From Lama glama (taxonomy: Eukaryota): DNA of 64,000 nt. A program made the translations under genes and the position numbers. Where the stretch lies: NCBI GenBank assembly GCA_028534125.1, contig CM052816.1, forward strand, positions 1,240,001 through 1,304,000. Reading direction: 5' to 3'. The notes under the pieces are model-generated. The model ran no database searches, was not told the DNA's origin, and was given only the letters and a program-made list of their open reading frames with translations. Below are positions 24,933 through 37,766 of the stretch, one piece after another. Position 1 is the first letter of the stretch. The number at the start of each line of letters is the position of its first letter.

Positions 24933-26544
24933 AAGCAGTGCATCTTGATGTCATCATCAACATCATCGTCTTTGCTTTATTTCCTTCTAAGAAGTGACTT
25001 TATCCACAGGTAGATGGTCTCTCTCCAAACTCACATTCTCCTAGATCTGTAACCCCAGAGAGGAGAGACCCAGACTCTGGTTAGCTTGCTTGTGTCTTGA
25101 GTCCATCCTGGGGACTCACCACTGTTGCCAAGAAGAAGATAGCATGACTGCCTGGCTGGTCAGTGCCCCATCCCTGTGGCCTGGAAGAGGCCAAGGCGCT
25201 GTGATGGAAAGTCTCAACAGAGCACCTAGAATGGTGTGGATCCCCAAAGAAAGGGAGGCTTTGCAGGCAGTATAAAAAGAAAGAGTAAAGAAATGAATTC
25301 CTGACTGTGTCCCCGGATACGCCTCACTATACTGAATCCCTACTATCATTACTTTGTTTTGCAGAAAAGGGGACAGACACAGACAGGTTGAGTATGAAGC
25401 CCACACTTCTTAGCCCAGCTAGGATGGGGGCCCAGGGTTGCCAGTCCTCACAGGCCCTGCAGAGCTCAAGGACTGCGTGGGAAAGGGAGGAATCGGGAGT
25501 GGGAGACGAGATGGAAGACAAGGCTCTGGGCCCTGCCTTCAGTCATTGCCGATAGGAAGACCCAAGCTTTCGCTGTGGGCACCGAGCTCCCAAGGCTTGA
25601 GCTCTGGGGCTCTGTGCGCAGCTCTGACCGGAACCCGAGCTGGAGATCCCCTAGTGTGTCTTCTCCTCTGTGGGCACAAATCCGGCTTGGCCCGGGCTTC
25701 AGGTTTGGGGCTGAGCTGTGTCGCTTGCCATCTGTGCATGTGCACCTGCAGGAAGCAGTCCTCGTCAAAGCCCCTTTCATTCCCTCATTCCCTGGTGGAA
25801 ATGCCCTGCACCTCTCCCCACGCCAGCTCTGCCCCAGCCAGTCCCCCGGACGGCCTCAGCCTCTCTCATCCCCTGCAGGTTGAATGTCACGCTGCTCCAT
25901 TGACCTGCCTGGACAGCATTTCCTCTCCCCTCTGTTCACCTGACTCCTTCTCATCCTTGGAATTCAGCTCAGTGGTTACTTCCTTCAGGAAGCTTCCGTG
26001 ACATGCCAGCCACTCTCCCCAGCCTAGAGGTACCTTTTCTGTGTTTATTTCTCACATAGCAGTAGTCACGTTCTGATGAATTTCTTCTTCCTGGACTGTT
26101 TTCCTTCCCAAATTCTAAGGTCTCAGAGGTTGAGAACTTCATTTCTAAACACAATTGATACTCCATAAATTTGTGTTGAATTAACAAATGAATGACTAAA
26201 GGGCACCACTGGGACCTGGGACATTCCCTTTTGCAAGTCGAGGCGCTGGCCAGGGCTGCCTAGGGTTTATGTTGGGGGTGCTGACAGGGCAGGAATGCAG
26301 CCAGGATCCTTGGCTTCTTGGGAAAATTCCTGTAGTTGCAGGCAACCAGGGCAGGATTTCAGAGGCCCAGGTCCTTGCTGGAGTCTCTGTCCACCCCTCC
26401 AAAAGTAGATAAAATAGAACTTACTCCTTAGGCAAATTACAGAGTAAATCATAATTACATAATATAATTATATAATAATCTCACGTGGCATGTTGGAGTC
26501 CTGGAAGCCAATGTCAGAGGTAGATTTTTTGTTGGTAAAACTGA

Positions 26545-27023
26545 TGTAAGAGAAGAAAAACCTTCCTTCTACCCTCTTAGGTTTTGTAACTGGGGGCCCG
26601 CAGATTAAACCAACAACAGCCAGATCAGTAAGAAAAAAGATAAGTTTAATCACTTAATATGCAGGAGTTTACATAAAAATGTGACTTAAGGAGGTGGTTA
26701 GAATTTGGGGTTTATAGACCATCTTAGTAGGGGAAGGGGAGGAGGGAGAAGGGCACTTATAGGAAAACAAGTGACTTTGAGGAAAGAGAAATGGGCCCTT
26801 AGGAGACTAGATGAGAGATATGATAGCTTTAGGACAGTGTCTGTTCAGGCAGGTAATTCCAGTCTCTGGTCACTCTTCCCTTTTTGCTCCCCAGGGAGGG
26901 ATTTAGGACAGTTGAGTTCTTTTGAGAAGCTATGCTTTTAGGCAAGTAAGAGATAGCAAGAACTCAAATGCTTCCTGCTCAAAGTGATTTTTATGCCACA
27001 GCAGCATATTCTTGACTTTTTCA
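26545..27023 (-). mobile_element. Solo ERV1 LTR (MER34/MER39-like) nested in an MLT1 remnant
   Basis: TG...CA ends; perfect 4-bp TSD ctga at 26541-26544 and 27024-27027. Confidence 0.8.
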
Positions 27024-29901
27024 CTGAAAAGTCCAGGGATTCAATACTTCATCAGTTACAGCTGGATCCAGGGGCTGAAACCATTTTGTCATGTCTCAGC
27101 TGACAAATCAATGCATCCGTCAATCTGGTCCCCTCGCCCTCCCTCTACTTCTCACCCTCTTTTTTCCACGCTGTCTTTTCCTGTGATGGCTTCGTCCTCA
27201 AGCAGGCTCCTCCCATGTCACGGCCAGATGGTCTCCAGCACCTCCAGATGTGCGGGAAGCCAATTGCTGGCAGTGCCTCTTTTCCCAAGAGTTCCAGCAA
27301 AATTCCTTGGGTTGGGTCTCATTGGACCCAGCAGAGGAAGAAATCAGCTGATCAGCCGGGCCTGGCCCAGCACACACACCTGCCCTGGAGCCAGACAGGT
27401 AGAGAGGCCAGGTAAGCCTCACCCAATCTGCCTGGACTGAGAGTGGAGGAGGGGTGGTTTCCGGGAGGGTAACTAGGGTGCTGCTAAAAGAAGGAATGAA
27501 GTGGATTCCTGGCGAGGGAAAACCAGAGGTGTCTACTATACAGAGAGAGGTCTACAGAGTGAGAAAAGCTGAATCGTAATCATGGACTCACAGAGTCCCA
27601 GAGGGCCACAGCTGAAAGGTCCCTTAAAAGTGGGTTCTTGCAGCCCTTTTGTGACAGCTGCTTCCCTGGTACCCCAGGGAGCGCCATCCTGTCCCTGCCT
27701 GTTGCCTGACTCCAGGAAGCCTGAGGGGTCGGTGGGGGGAAGAAAGGCGCCCCGGTATCCTCCTCCCCCCGCACTGCTGGAAGACTCTGGGTCACAGCTG
27801 CCCACCAGGGGCCTTGGTTATGCTCCTTCCCAGTGTGCTCTGGGCTCTGGCCATCTGCCAGGCTGGCGGACAGCCATGCTGACTGTGGACTGTAAACTCC
27901 CTTCTTGACACGGAGGCCCAGTTGGAAAGATATCCGGGGCTTCTCGGGAGCTAGAAGCAAGCCAGGGAGCAGGCGGCAGTCCAGCCTGAGGCTGAAGCCC
28001 AGGGCCCGCCTCTGGCCGAGGATGCCCAGTCTCCCCTCTCCTCCCCTCCGTCCACCAGCCCTGGGAGGCGGGGCACTGCCCCTCCAACCACAGACCGGAG
28101 CATCCTGTTCAGACCTGTTCAGACACTCTTGAGGCCTGGGGCCATTATGCTTCTCCCAAAGGAGAGCTGAAAGCTAGAGGAAAGGATGGTTTACTAAACA
28201 AAGCCTTACAGCCTGGAAAGGCCAGGCCTTCCCCTCCCTCTTCCCCTCCTTTCTGCTGAACCGGCAGAGATTCAGAGGCTCAGCAGAGGACAAGCCAGGT
28301 CTCAGAGAGATTCCCCTGCGGCTCCTGCCATCCTTCCTTCCTTCCTGCCCTCCTCCTCTCTTCACTTGTCCCTCCACAGAATGTTCCAGCAGAAAAGGAG
28401 CTTTAAAAACACCTCCAGAGATTACAGACTGGCAGATCACGGTTCAGAACATGTTGTATTTGGCCCTCCCTCTGTTTAAGAAAAATCTGAGCCAACATTT
28501 TAAAAATTGGGAGATTTCACATAAAAATTCATGTGTCCAGCCACTTTTGAAAGCTCGTAAGATCTTCTAACACCAGGTCTACGTGTCCACACTGGTGATG
28601 CTCTGTCAGCCACTTGAGTAGACAAAGAGGTGACATCGCACAGCTGCCCCTGCAGATAGGGAGTGGGCGACAGTCTCCTTTTGTCCCCTCCACTGAGATC
28701 CACTGCCCGTTACCATTTCCTTCACCGTTGGCACTTTTGTCTTTATTATTTTGGATTGTTTGCCTCCAAGGCTCCATTAGAAACAGAAAATGAGAGAGTT
28801 GCATGTTTTAAAGAAATCAGAAGAGAGCCTTCTTTGTAGAGGAACTGAATATTCCTAGATGTTTCTATTATTAACTTGGCCCCAGTGAGCATTTGGGTTT
28901 GCAAACTCAATCTAATCCAGCCTCCTAATTTTGCAGAAAGACTAACCTGAGCCCGGGAAGGTGCAATCCAGTCTGACCAAGTGTGTGTCGTGAGCCTGTG
29001 GAAGGGTATCTCTGTACCCACACTTCCTGGATCGGGGCTTTAGGCTCCCTCCCTCCACACTGCTCTCAGCAGGGACGAGGACATCCTTTCTGAAGCAGCA
29101 CCGCTCTCTTCTCTGGTCCCCTTGCTTCCAGAGGGAGCCTTTACAGAGGAGACAAGCAGCTGGATGGGAGGCCTGGTCTCCCTGCCTCTCAGAAGCCTTC
29201 CAGGACGGAGGGGTGGGCTGAGACCGACCCAGGGCTCTCATTGGCAGAGCTGCCTGGAAGCTGGCAGCTGGCTTGCTTTCCAGGGCCCCAGGCTCTGGGA
29301 GGCAACATTGTCTCACCGGATGGGGGACGTGTCTATAGAATCTTGCTGTTTGAAGAATGAACTGCCTGGAATAAAGGACGTTCCCACCCTCTTAGAGATG
29401 GCCAAGCAAGGCTCAAGGCCACTGATGGGATGGTGTAGGGAGATGAGAGGAAGGGGGTCCAGGTCAAGCTGAGGTTAGTTTTTGGAGGTTTTTTGCTAAA
29501 TATCAGAAGTTTTGGGAATCCCCTAAAATCACAGAGTTATGTGTCTGAAGAGAGTATTTATGCCTTTTTTTCCACCCCCCACCCCAGATTCACAAAGGGT
29601 CACCTGAACCTACAAACAGCCTACAAACAGGTTATCAAGCAACTGGGCAGGTAATCTACCAAGAGGCAGTACAGGGCCAAGTGAGGGCACAAGACTGCCT
29701 GTGGCTTGGGTCCAACTGCCCGTCCACTACCAGCCATCAGCCAAGCCATTTCAGTGGCCCCTTACCCTCTGCCTGTTAGAGAAGAGAAATAATGGGACCT
29801 ACAGTGTACTTTTGTTTGTAAAGGTTAAGTGAAGTCACAACAATAGTTGACATGGTATTAGCTAATAATATTGCTCATAGTCCTTTTAGCTCTGAAATTC
29901 T

Positions 29902-30401
29902 NNNNNNNNNNNNNNNNNNNNNNNNNNNNNNNNNNNNNNNNNNNNNNNNNNNNNNNNNNNNNNNNNNNNNNNNNNNNNNNNNNNNNNNNNNNNNNNNNNN
30001 NNNNNNNNNNNNNNNNNNNNNNNNNNNNNNNNNNNNNNNNNNNNNNNNNNNNNNNNNNNNNNNNNNNNNNNNNNNNNNNNNNNNNNNNNNNNNNNNNNNN
30101 NNNNNNNNNNNNNNNNNNNNNNNNNNNNNNNNNNNNNNNNNNNNNNNNNNNNNNNNNNNNNNNNNNNNNNNNNNNNNNNNNNNNNNNNNNNNNNNNNNNN
30201 NNNNNNNNNNNNNNNNNNNNNNNNNNNNNNNNNNNNNNNNNNNNNNNNNNNNNNNNNNNNNNNNNNNNNNNNNNNNNNNNNNNNNNNNNNNNNNNNNNNN
30301 NNNNNNNNNNNNNNNNNNNNNNNNNNNNNNNNNNNNNNNNNNNNNNNNNNNNNNNNNNNNNNNNNNNNNNNNNNNNNNNNNNNNNNNNNNNNNNNNNNNN
30401 N
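29902..30401. other. Assembly gap (500 N)
   Basis: Fixed-length N run. Confidence 1.
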
Positions 30402-30535
30402 AATTTTTTTTTGTGTTGGGGAGGGTGGTAATTAGGTTTACTTATTTATTTTTTGAGGAGGTCCTGGGGATTGAACCCAGGACCTTGTGCATGCTAGGCA
30501 TGCATGCTACCGCTTGAGCCATACCCTCCTCCCCC
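30402..30535 (-). mobile_element. vic-1-like SINE, long-tail form, abutting the gap
   Basis: ggtaattaggttta ... ggggattgaacccaggacc ... cttgagccatacc. Confidence 0.9.
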
Positions 30536-30821
30536 ACAGCCTTGTACTTTCGCAGGAGGCAGTGCTGATGGGAGGACTCTACTACTGGAACACCAATCTG
30601 GGGAGGGGGCAAGGAGGGGATGCTGCCTAACTCCACTTAGAACTTTCTTCATATGCCTTGAACCAGTTACACTTCTTATGGCCTTAATTTCCACGTCTAT
30701 AAAAGGGGGATCATGACAGCTCCTACTTCCTAGGGTTGTGCTGGAGATTAAGTAACAATCGTTTTAGGCCCTCAACCAGTGTCTTGCACATGAGAAAGTA
30801 CTCAATAAACTGTATTTGTCA

Positions 30822-30916
30822 AGAGGTGGGAATAGCTCAGTAGCTGAGTGTGTGCTTAACATACAAGAGGTCCTGGGTTCAATCCCCGATACCTCCATTA
30901 GAAAAAAAAATTTTTT
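30822..30916 (+). mobile_element. vic-1-like SINE, short-tail form
   Basis: A/B boxes; degenerate TSD taaa(c/t)t(g/a)tattt(g/a)tca. Confidence 0.85.
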
Positions 30917-31269
30917 TAAATTATATTTATCACCATCCCTCTGGGTAGGGAATTCTTTCTGAAGATTCTAGCATCACAAGGCATGGATTTACTTTACTGC
31001 ACATGCTAAGCCTCATTTGTCATCCTTGAAGTTTCCTGAGACCCCTCTTAGACCGAAGGCCCTCGGGGACAAGAAATGGCAGCCACCAGAGAGAGTGGAA
31101 AGAGCGTGAACGAAGAGCAATGAGTTCTATGCTCTGCCACCAACCGGCAGTCCTGTCTACTCTGGATCTCAACATTTCATTTGGATGAAAAGATTGCTAA
31201 TTATCCCGCTGCTCCCCTGTACTGAGTGCTGTTAAAAATGACTAAAGATGATAATTTACATGATACAAA

Positions 31270-31853
31270 TGAAAAACAGCAGGACCCTGTGGGTCCTCCC
31301 AGGTACAAATCCTTTCCCCCATTTCTTGTGTATAAGAAATAGGTTTCATTCAGCCTCCTTGATCTTCCCTGAGTTCCAAAAGGCAGACTCAAATCAGGGA
31401 AGGGAGGGAATGCAGAGACAAGGGAGGAACAGTCAAGAAACAATGGTGCAGCCTTGGGGCAGGGTCCTGGTTCCTCCTCAGGGAATATACATAACAACAT
31501 CTGGAGTTCTTCTGCCGGATCTAAGGCCCCGACCCAGGAGGAGGATGGCAACTTCGGGCTGAGGACAGGGCTCCTGGAGCACCGCCCTGTTAGCTCCCCA
31601 CCAACCAATCAGAAGAAAGTCACACACCTTGCTGCCCTCACCCCAAGTTTTGTCTATAAAAATTTTCCTCCCCCAAACCAATGGAGAGTTCCAGTTTTTT
31701 GGGGTTTTTTTGTTTTGTTTTGTTCCTTTTTGAGCATTAGCTGCCCATCCTCCTTGCTCAGCCCTGCAATAAATTTTCTCTTCTCCAAACTCCGATGTTT
31801 CGGTTGGTTAGGTCCCACTGTGTGTCAGGCACACAAACTTGTGTTTGGCAACA
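31270..31853 (+). mobile_element. Solo ERV1 LTR
   Basis: TG...CA ends; TSD caaa on both sides; CCAAT, TATAAAA and AATAAA (31768-31773) in order. Confidence 0.88.
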
Positions 31854-31869
31854 CAAACGCTTTAACACT

Positions 31870-32183
31870 TCACGAAATGGGCAGTCTATGTTCCCAGGTG
31901 TCCAAAGAACTGCAAGATGGGGCAGAAGGCAGGACGCTTTTGACAGGGTAAAGAATAAGGAACAAGGAAGAGAAAATCAGAAAATGAATAAGGAACCAGG
32001 AAGTAAGTACAGAGCCCAGAGTTAGCTTGGTTCTCGGGGACTGGCTGACCAGGTGGGTTGACTGTGTCTGTGATCAGGCGGAGCGTTTACAGGGACGTGG
32101 AAGTGATCTAAGTTTTGGTTTGCTGACTTGGCGCCCCAGGCGGGAGTGGCTCCATCTTGGGCCTAGAAAAGTATTTCAAGACA
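31870..32183 (-). mobile_element. Partial ERV1-type LTR
   Basis: ctaagttttggtttgctgac ... ggctccatcttgggcctag ... aca terminus; left end unclear. Confidence 0.5.
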
Positions 32184-32302
32184 GTGCACTATGCTGACTG
32201 CTGGGTGACTGATCTCATTTAATAAGTACCTTGGGTTACTATCATCCCATTTCACAGGTGAGGAAACTCAGGCTCAGAGAGGCAACAAACCTGACTTCAG
32301 AT

Positions 32303-32686
32303 TGTCACAGGGCATAGGGCTCACTGCCCAGGGCGCAAAGTAGCCAATATGACGACGCCGACTTTGGAGAAAAGAAAGAACTTTATCACGAGGCCCACCT
32401 GCCAGGAGACAGGAGGTACGGCTCAAATCTGTCTCCCCTTCTGGGGTTCCGTCAAACTTCCGGCCTTCCTTTCCGGTCATGTCCCGGCTTTTTGGTTCCG
32501 TGCGTGCGTGCGTTGGTGGAAGGGGAGGAGAAAGTTTGGTTCCGGGTGCTGTTTGAGGTCCAGATTCTCTCCTCTGCGCATGCTTTGGCTGCAGGACTTG
32601 TCGTTTTGTTCTTTGTCTCTGAAAAACAGCTCAGGGTCTTGTTAGAACCAGGACAGGGCCGGCTTGGGGCTGATTCTGCGGTGACA
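32303..32686 (-). mobile_element. Solo ERV LTR, CpG-rich, inserted in a MIR
   Basis: TGTCAC...GTGACA terminal inverted repeat; TSD agat/agag. Confidence 0.8.
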
Positions 32687-32989
32687 AGAGCACACAGGAG
32701 GTAAGGGATGGACCTAGGTTTAGACCTGGAGCTACACATTTCACTACTAAGCTGACCTGGTTCAACACAATGATTTCTAAGAACACAACTCCCCAAAGTA
32801 CTACTGCACAGCCATGAGTCAGAATTCGAGAAAAGCCAGTCCCACTCTGGGTTGTTTCATCCCCCCCGACTCAATCTTACCCACCCCATATCACATCCCA
32901 CCCCTGCCCTCAGACCCCCAGTGTTTCTCCTGGGTTACCTGGACACTGGGTCGGTCAGCAAAGGAGGGACTGGTACAAAAAGATTTCTT

Positions 32990-33120
32990 TAAAAAAATTT
33001 GTTTTTTAGTTGGCAGGTAATGAGGTTTATCTACTTTCTTTTGGTGGCGGTATCGGAGATTGAACCCAGGACCTCATGCATGCCAGGCATGCACCCTACC
33101 ACAGAGCTACACCCTCCCCC
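32990..33120 (-). mobile_element. vic-1-like SINE (diverged)
   Basis: gattgaacccaggacc ... ctaccacagagctacaccctcccc. Confidence 0.85.
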
Positions 33121-33328
33121 TGAAAAAGTCTTTATTTTATCTACTCTCCTTTTCTAGACCTTGGAGATAGGAACTACTTCTGGTCCACACAGCTAAATGC
33201 ATCTCTTGGGCTGATGGCTTCTCAACAGTTACTGACATAATTTACTTAAAGTGCCCCTGCGTTGGATGGCGCTTTGATGAAACAAGGCTTGATCTAATCC
33301 CAGGGTGACTGTGGACAGCCACTTATTC

Positions 33329-33898
33329 TGTGACCACCAGGAAAAGGGAAATAAGAATTACCTCGGTTCTTAGTCACCCAAAAAAAAAATTTTTTTTGAC
33401 GAGAGACAAAAAGCGTAACATAAACAAGATTTTTATTAGTGAAAAGATGGTACACGCCCGAGAAATGAGAGCAGGCCAATCCACGAAAGGGAAAAAGGGA
33501 AAACGGCGCCATTCCTTTGTTCTTCCTGTTGTTATATCCTGGCTCAGGGGCTTTTTCGTGATTGATTGATTTGTGGCTCAGGTTCTTTGAGTGATCAGAC
33601 TGATTGATAGCTCAGGTTCCTTGTGCTCAGGCCGATTGACAACTCTGGTTCCCTGCGGTCTGGCACTCCCATCCCCTTTGGGGCAGGTTCGTTGGGTCAG
33701 GTTACCCGGAGTCCTTCTCTTACGCGCAGCTGCAGTGTTTTGATTTTAACTGGCTTCTTTTGCTGGCCCTCATTTAGAGAAAGTAAAAATTTCTGGAGTC
33801 CGTTTTCTTGAATGCAGACACACTGCCGTTTTCTGGATTGTTCCTCTCCTCCTCCACTCCCTCTACCCAGTGCTCATTTCTATCTAACCTGCCTAGCA
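33329..33898 (-). mobile_element. Solo ERV1 LTR
   Basis: TG...CA ends; perfect TSD attc at 33325-33328 and 33899-33902; TTTATT near the left end; internal tgattga...ctcaggtt repeats. Confidence 0.85.
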
Positions 33899-34426
33899 AT
33901 TCCACAGATGTTTACTCAGTGCCACTGATTGCCAGATGCAGCCCTAGGTGCTGGGCCAGAGTGGGTCAGTTACTTTTTGGTGGAGCAAGGGGAAGAATAA
34001 AACCAATGAGTACACACATGAGCAATTTCAGGTGAGGATAAATGTCAGGGAGACAATAACACGAGGCGAGAGATGGAGAGTGAGGAGCCGTGGTGGGTAC
34101 AGAGCACATTCTCCGAGGTGCAGTCAAGCTTCCCTCCAGCCAGCTGTCGTGTGTTTACACTCCACCTTGGCGTTCATTCCTCAGAAGATCTCCAACAGAA
34201 AGGTATTATTATCCTTATTTTTCTGAGAAGGAATGTGGCTTCCAGAAATCAAAAAACTTGCTCTAAGTTGCTAAGTTACTTAGTTTACTGGGATGTGAAC
34301 CTCAGCCCTTGCTTTCCAAGTCCATGTACTTCTCCGGCATCTTCTTGGCTTCTGTAAAATGATTGCGTTGGACTCCTAACAGTCTTTCCTTTAAAATCAT
34401 ATACATATAAAGACAGAGTCAAGGAG

Positions 34427-34572
34427 TAACCTATAATGAAAAAGAATATGAAAATGAATGTATGTATATGTATGGCTGAAACATTATGCTGTACACCAGA
34501 AACTGACACATTGTAACTGACTATGCTTCAATTAAAAAAAAAATAAACAGAGATACAGCAAATGAAAAAAAA
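34427..34572 (+). mobile_element. 5'-truncated lineage-specific L1 3' end with two A-tracts
   Basis: taacctataatgaaaaagaatatgaa ... gctgtacaccagaaact ... caattaaaaa; TSD 15/18 identical at 34409-34426 and 34573-34590. Confidence 0.85.
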
Positions 34573-34945
34573 AAAGAGTGAGCCAAGGAGATCTGGTGGC
34601 AACTGGTGCCTCTAGGAGCAGGTGTTCTGGCTGTTTTCTCTCTGCACAAGGAATAAAATCCTAATTATGGCACAAAAGCCGGGAGGGCCAGGCTAACTTA
34701 TTTTCTGCCTGCCCTTGGGGTTTCAGAGAAAGTGTATCATTGATCTGGCAGCTGCTGGAACAGGTCAGCAGTCAGGACACCAAATGCAAATGCCCCCAGG
34801 CCTGGAAATTCCTGCCTTGGTGAAGACAAAGAACGGCCCTCAGGCAGTTATGCAGAAGGGCTCACCCACGTGGAACCCCCAGCTCCTGCTCTGCAGGGGT
34901 GTGGAGTCCGTCCAGAGATGGAGTCTGGTGGTTTCAGGCTCATAG

Positions 34946-35500
34946 TGATGCAGTAAACATGAATGTGGGGCAAGAGGATGGCCATGTCCCAGGTCTCGGT
35001 TGAGCCCCTGGGACGTGCCCTGCCAAGGGTGGGTCCTTGGTTTTGCACAGGGAAGAATTAAAGAGCGAGCCACAGCTGAGTAAAGGTAGACTTATTTAGA
35101 GAGATATATACCGCATAGAATGCAGGCTGTTTCAAAAGGCAAGAGAAAGGCCACGAGGTGTGGGGGTTGTTAGTTTTTATGGGCTTGGTAACTTCATATG
35201 CTAATAAGTGGAAGGATTATTCCAACTGCTTTGGGGAAGGGGCTGGGATTCCCAGAAACTGGGCCAACCACCACTTTTGACCTTTTATGGTCAGCCTTGG
35301 AACTGTCATGGTGGCCGTGGGTGTGCCATTTACCACGATAATACATTACAATGTGTATAATGAAGCTCAAGGTCTACTGGAAGTCAAATCTGCCATCCTG
35401 GGCCTCAAGGTGTATGGGAGTTGAGTCTCTCTCCGTCTTGGTGCTAACTGCTGCGTCATTCCCTGGGTGGTTGTGCCCTAACCCCTTCCTTCCTGTCTCA
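34946..35500 (-). mobile_element. Solo ERV1 LTR
   Basis: TG...CA ends; TSD atag/ttag. Confidence 0.8.
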
Positions 35501-35744
35501 TTAGGAGCCATAGCTTTGGCCTCCCAGTGCCACCTCCTCCAGCTCTGCAGCAAGTGGCACTCCAGGGTCCCCTCCGCCGTGTGTGGTCCCTGACGCAGCC
35601 CACAGATACGTTAGCCTACTCGCTTGCCTCTGTTCCCTTAGCTCTTGGTTCCTCCCTTTATTAGAACACTTCTGGGAAAAAAGTGGTAATAATGAATTTT
35701 TGGCCCTATGCTAAGAGGCCTTACACAATCATCTCACTTCATCT

Positions 35745-36650
35745 TTTTTATGGTGGTGGTGGTGGTAAAAAATACATAACATAAAATTGACCATCCTAAC
35801 CATTTTTAAGCATACAACTCAGTGGCGTTAAGGACATTCACACAGTTGTGCAACCAGCCTCTGGTAACCACTGGCGTACTCTCTATGAGTTTGCCAATTC
35901 TAGTATCTCATATAAGCAGAGTCGCAAAATATTTGTGCTTTTGTGTCTGGCTTATTTCACTTGGCATGACATCTTCAAGGTTCATGGTGTGGCATGTATG
36001 CAGATTTTGTTTATTCATATATGAATAACAGCCTACAGTATGTATGGACCGCATTTGGTTTATCCCTTCATCCATTGATGGACATCCAGGGTACTTCTAC
36101 CTTTTTGCTATTGTGAATAATGCTGCTATGAACATGGGTGTGCAAATATCTGTTCAGGTCCCTGCTTTCAGTTCTTTGGGGTATATACCCTGTCGACTGA
36201 AAGAAAAATGAACAAGGTAAAAGTTGTGAGTTAAGTTCTATTTGGGGAACTTAACTGAGACTGTAGCCCGGGAGACAGCCTCTTAGGGAGCTCTGAGGAG
36301 CTGCTCTGGGAAGGTGAGGGAGGAGCCAGGATATATAAGAACTTTTTTGCTAGGAAAATATGTAGTCAAGCATGAAAAGATGCCATGAAAAGATCACAAA
36401 GAACAGACATCTCAAGTTAATGATGTTAGTGGTTTTCTGTGTATGGGGCAATTTGAAAATTTTCCTTAGATACGCATCTTAACTCTCTAGGGGCCAATGT
36501 ATCCAAAGCACAGACTGTTTCCTGTTTTTTTCTCCATCCTCAGTTCCCCTCTGGTGGGCAGTGGCAGTGGCTAATGGCTTGAGCCTTGTAGGACTGGAAT
36601 GACAGGCAACATTCTTTCTTTGTAGCCCAGGAGTGGGATTGCTGGATTCT
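35745..36650 (-). mobile_element. Old L1M(A/B) 3' fragment interrupted by an LTR
   Basis: cataacataaaattgaccatc ... aataatgctgctatgaacatggg ... tataccc|LTR|gcccaggagtgggattgctgg. Confidence 0.75.
36191..36624 (-). mobile_element. Solo ERV1 LTR inserted in L1M
   Basis: Starts tgtcgactga; cleanly interrupts the L1 sequence; TSD accc/gccc. Confidence 0.75.
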
Positions 36651-36838
36651 TCATTTAAACCTACTGTTTAATTAAGAAGGAGGGTTACCAGTATCTCTGC
36701 ATTTTACAGAGAGGAAAACCAGGGCACAAAGGAATTAATTTGCCTGAGGCTAGGAAGTGAATTAAAATATATGTCATCCCTGTCTTCTTGGAGCTTACAG
36801 TCTTGTAAGGGAGAAGAAAGACGTTAGGCAGCTAATTG

Positions 36839-37514
36839 TGTTACCAAACCGAACTGGGGTCCACTCACCCGGCACGCAGCTAGGCCAATATACCGACACG
36901 GGGTTGTGATGTAGGAAAGTACAGCGTTTACACTCAGGGGGGCCAAGCAAGGAGTATGGTGGCTTGTGTTCACAGGCCCAAACTCTCTGACTGCTTTCAG
37001 GGAAGATTTTTCATTCTTTAATTTTTCTTTTCTTTTTTTGGGGGGAAGATTTTTTTAGAGGCAACTTTGGGGGTGAGGGTTGCAGGGGGCATGACTCTCT
37101 TCTGACTGGTTGGTGGTGAGGTTACAGGGTGGTGTTTTGGGAATCCTAATTATCAGCCTTCCAGTTCCAACCAGTCTGGGTCTATGGGCTTGGGCTCAGC
37201 ACGAAGTCACGATCCTCCACCTGAGTGGGGGCTCTTAGTTCCTGCAGAACAATTCAAAGATGTGTCCGATTGTTATGCAGATCCCTTGAGGATGAACTCG
37301 GACTCTGTTTTTCCTCTGAACTATTGTTTCTTGACTGCAGTTCTCTTTGTTTCTGCATATGCTCTCACTTCCTTAATTAGTAACAATTTGAGTCTGCTCT
37401 TTGGAACTCAGGGAAGGCCTAGGTAGAGCAAAGCCTTTTTCTACAAACAAGAAATGGGAGACTCAAGGGCGCTTTTGCACCCTGGAGGGCCCCACAGGGT
37501 CTTGCTCAGTTTCA
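36839..37514 (-). mobile_element. Solo ERV1 LTR related to 31270-31853
   Basis: Reverse complement begins tgaaactgagcaagaccctgtggg, like 31270; TSD attg/atta. Confidence 0.85.
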
Positions 37515-37535
37515 ATTACACAAAATGTTATTCAA

Positions 37536-37650
37536 GAGGGGGAGGATACAGCTCAAGTGCATGCTTGAGCATACACAAGGTCCTGGGTTCAATCCCCAGT
37601 ACCTTCTCTAAAACTAAGTAAGTAAACCTGATTACCTACGCCCCCACCCC
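37536..37650 (+). mobile_element. vic-1-like SINE with an internal deletion in the D arm
   Basis: B box intact; flanked by aaatgttatt repeats. Confidence 0.85.
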
Positions 37651-37766
37651 CACAAATGTTATTTAGTCACAGTTGTGACAAGTGCAAGGTCTTCTCCTGT
37701 TCTGCTACAGCCTGTCACCAGGCCCCAGAGCTGCTACGTCCATCTCTCACCCAGTAATTAGGGGGG

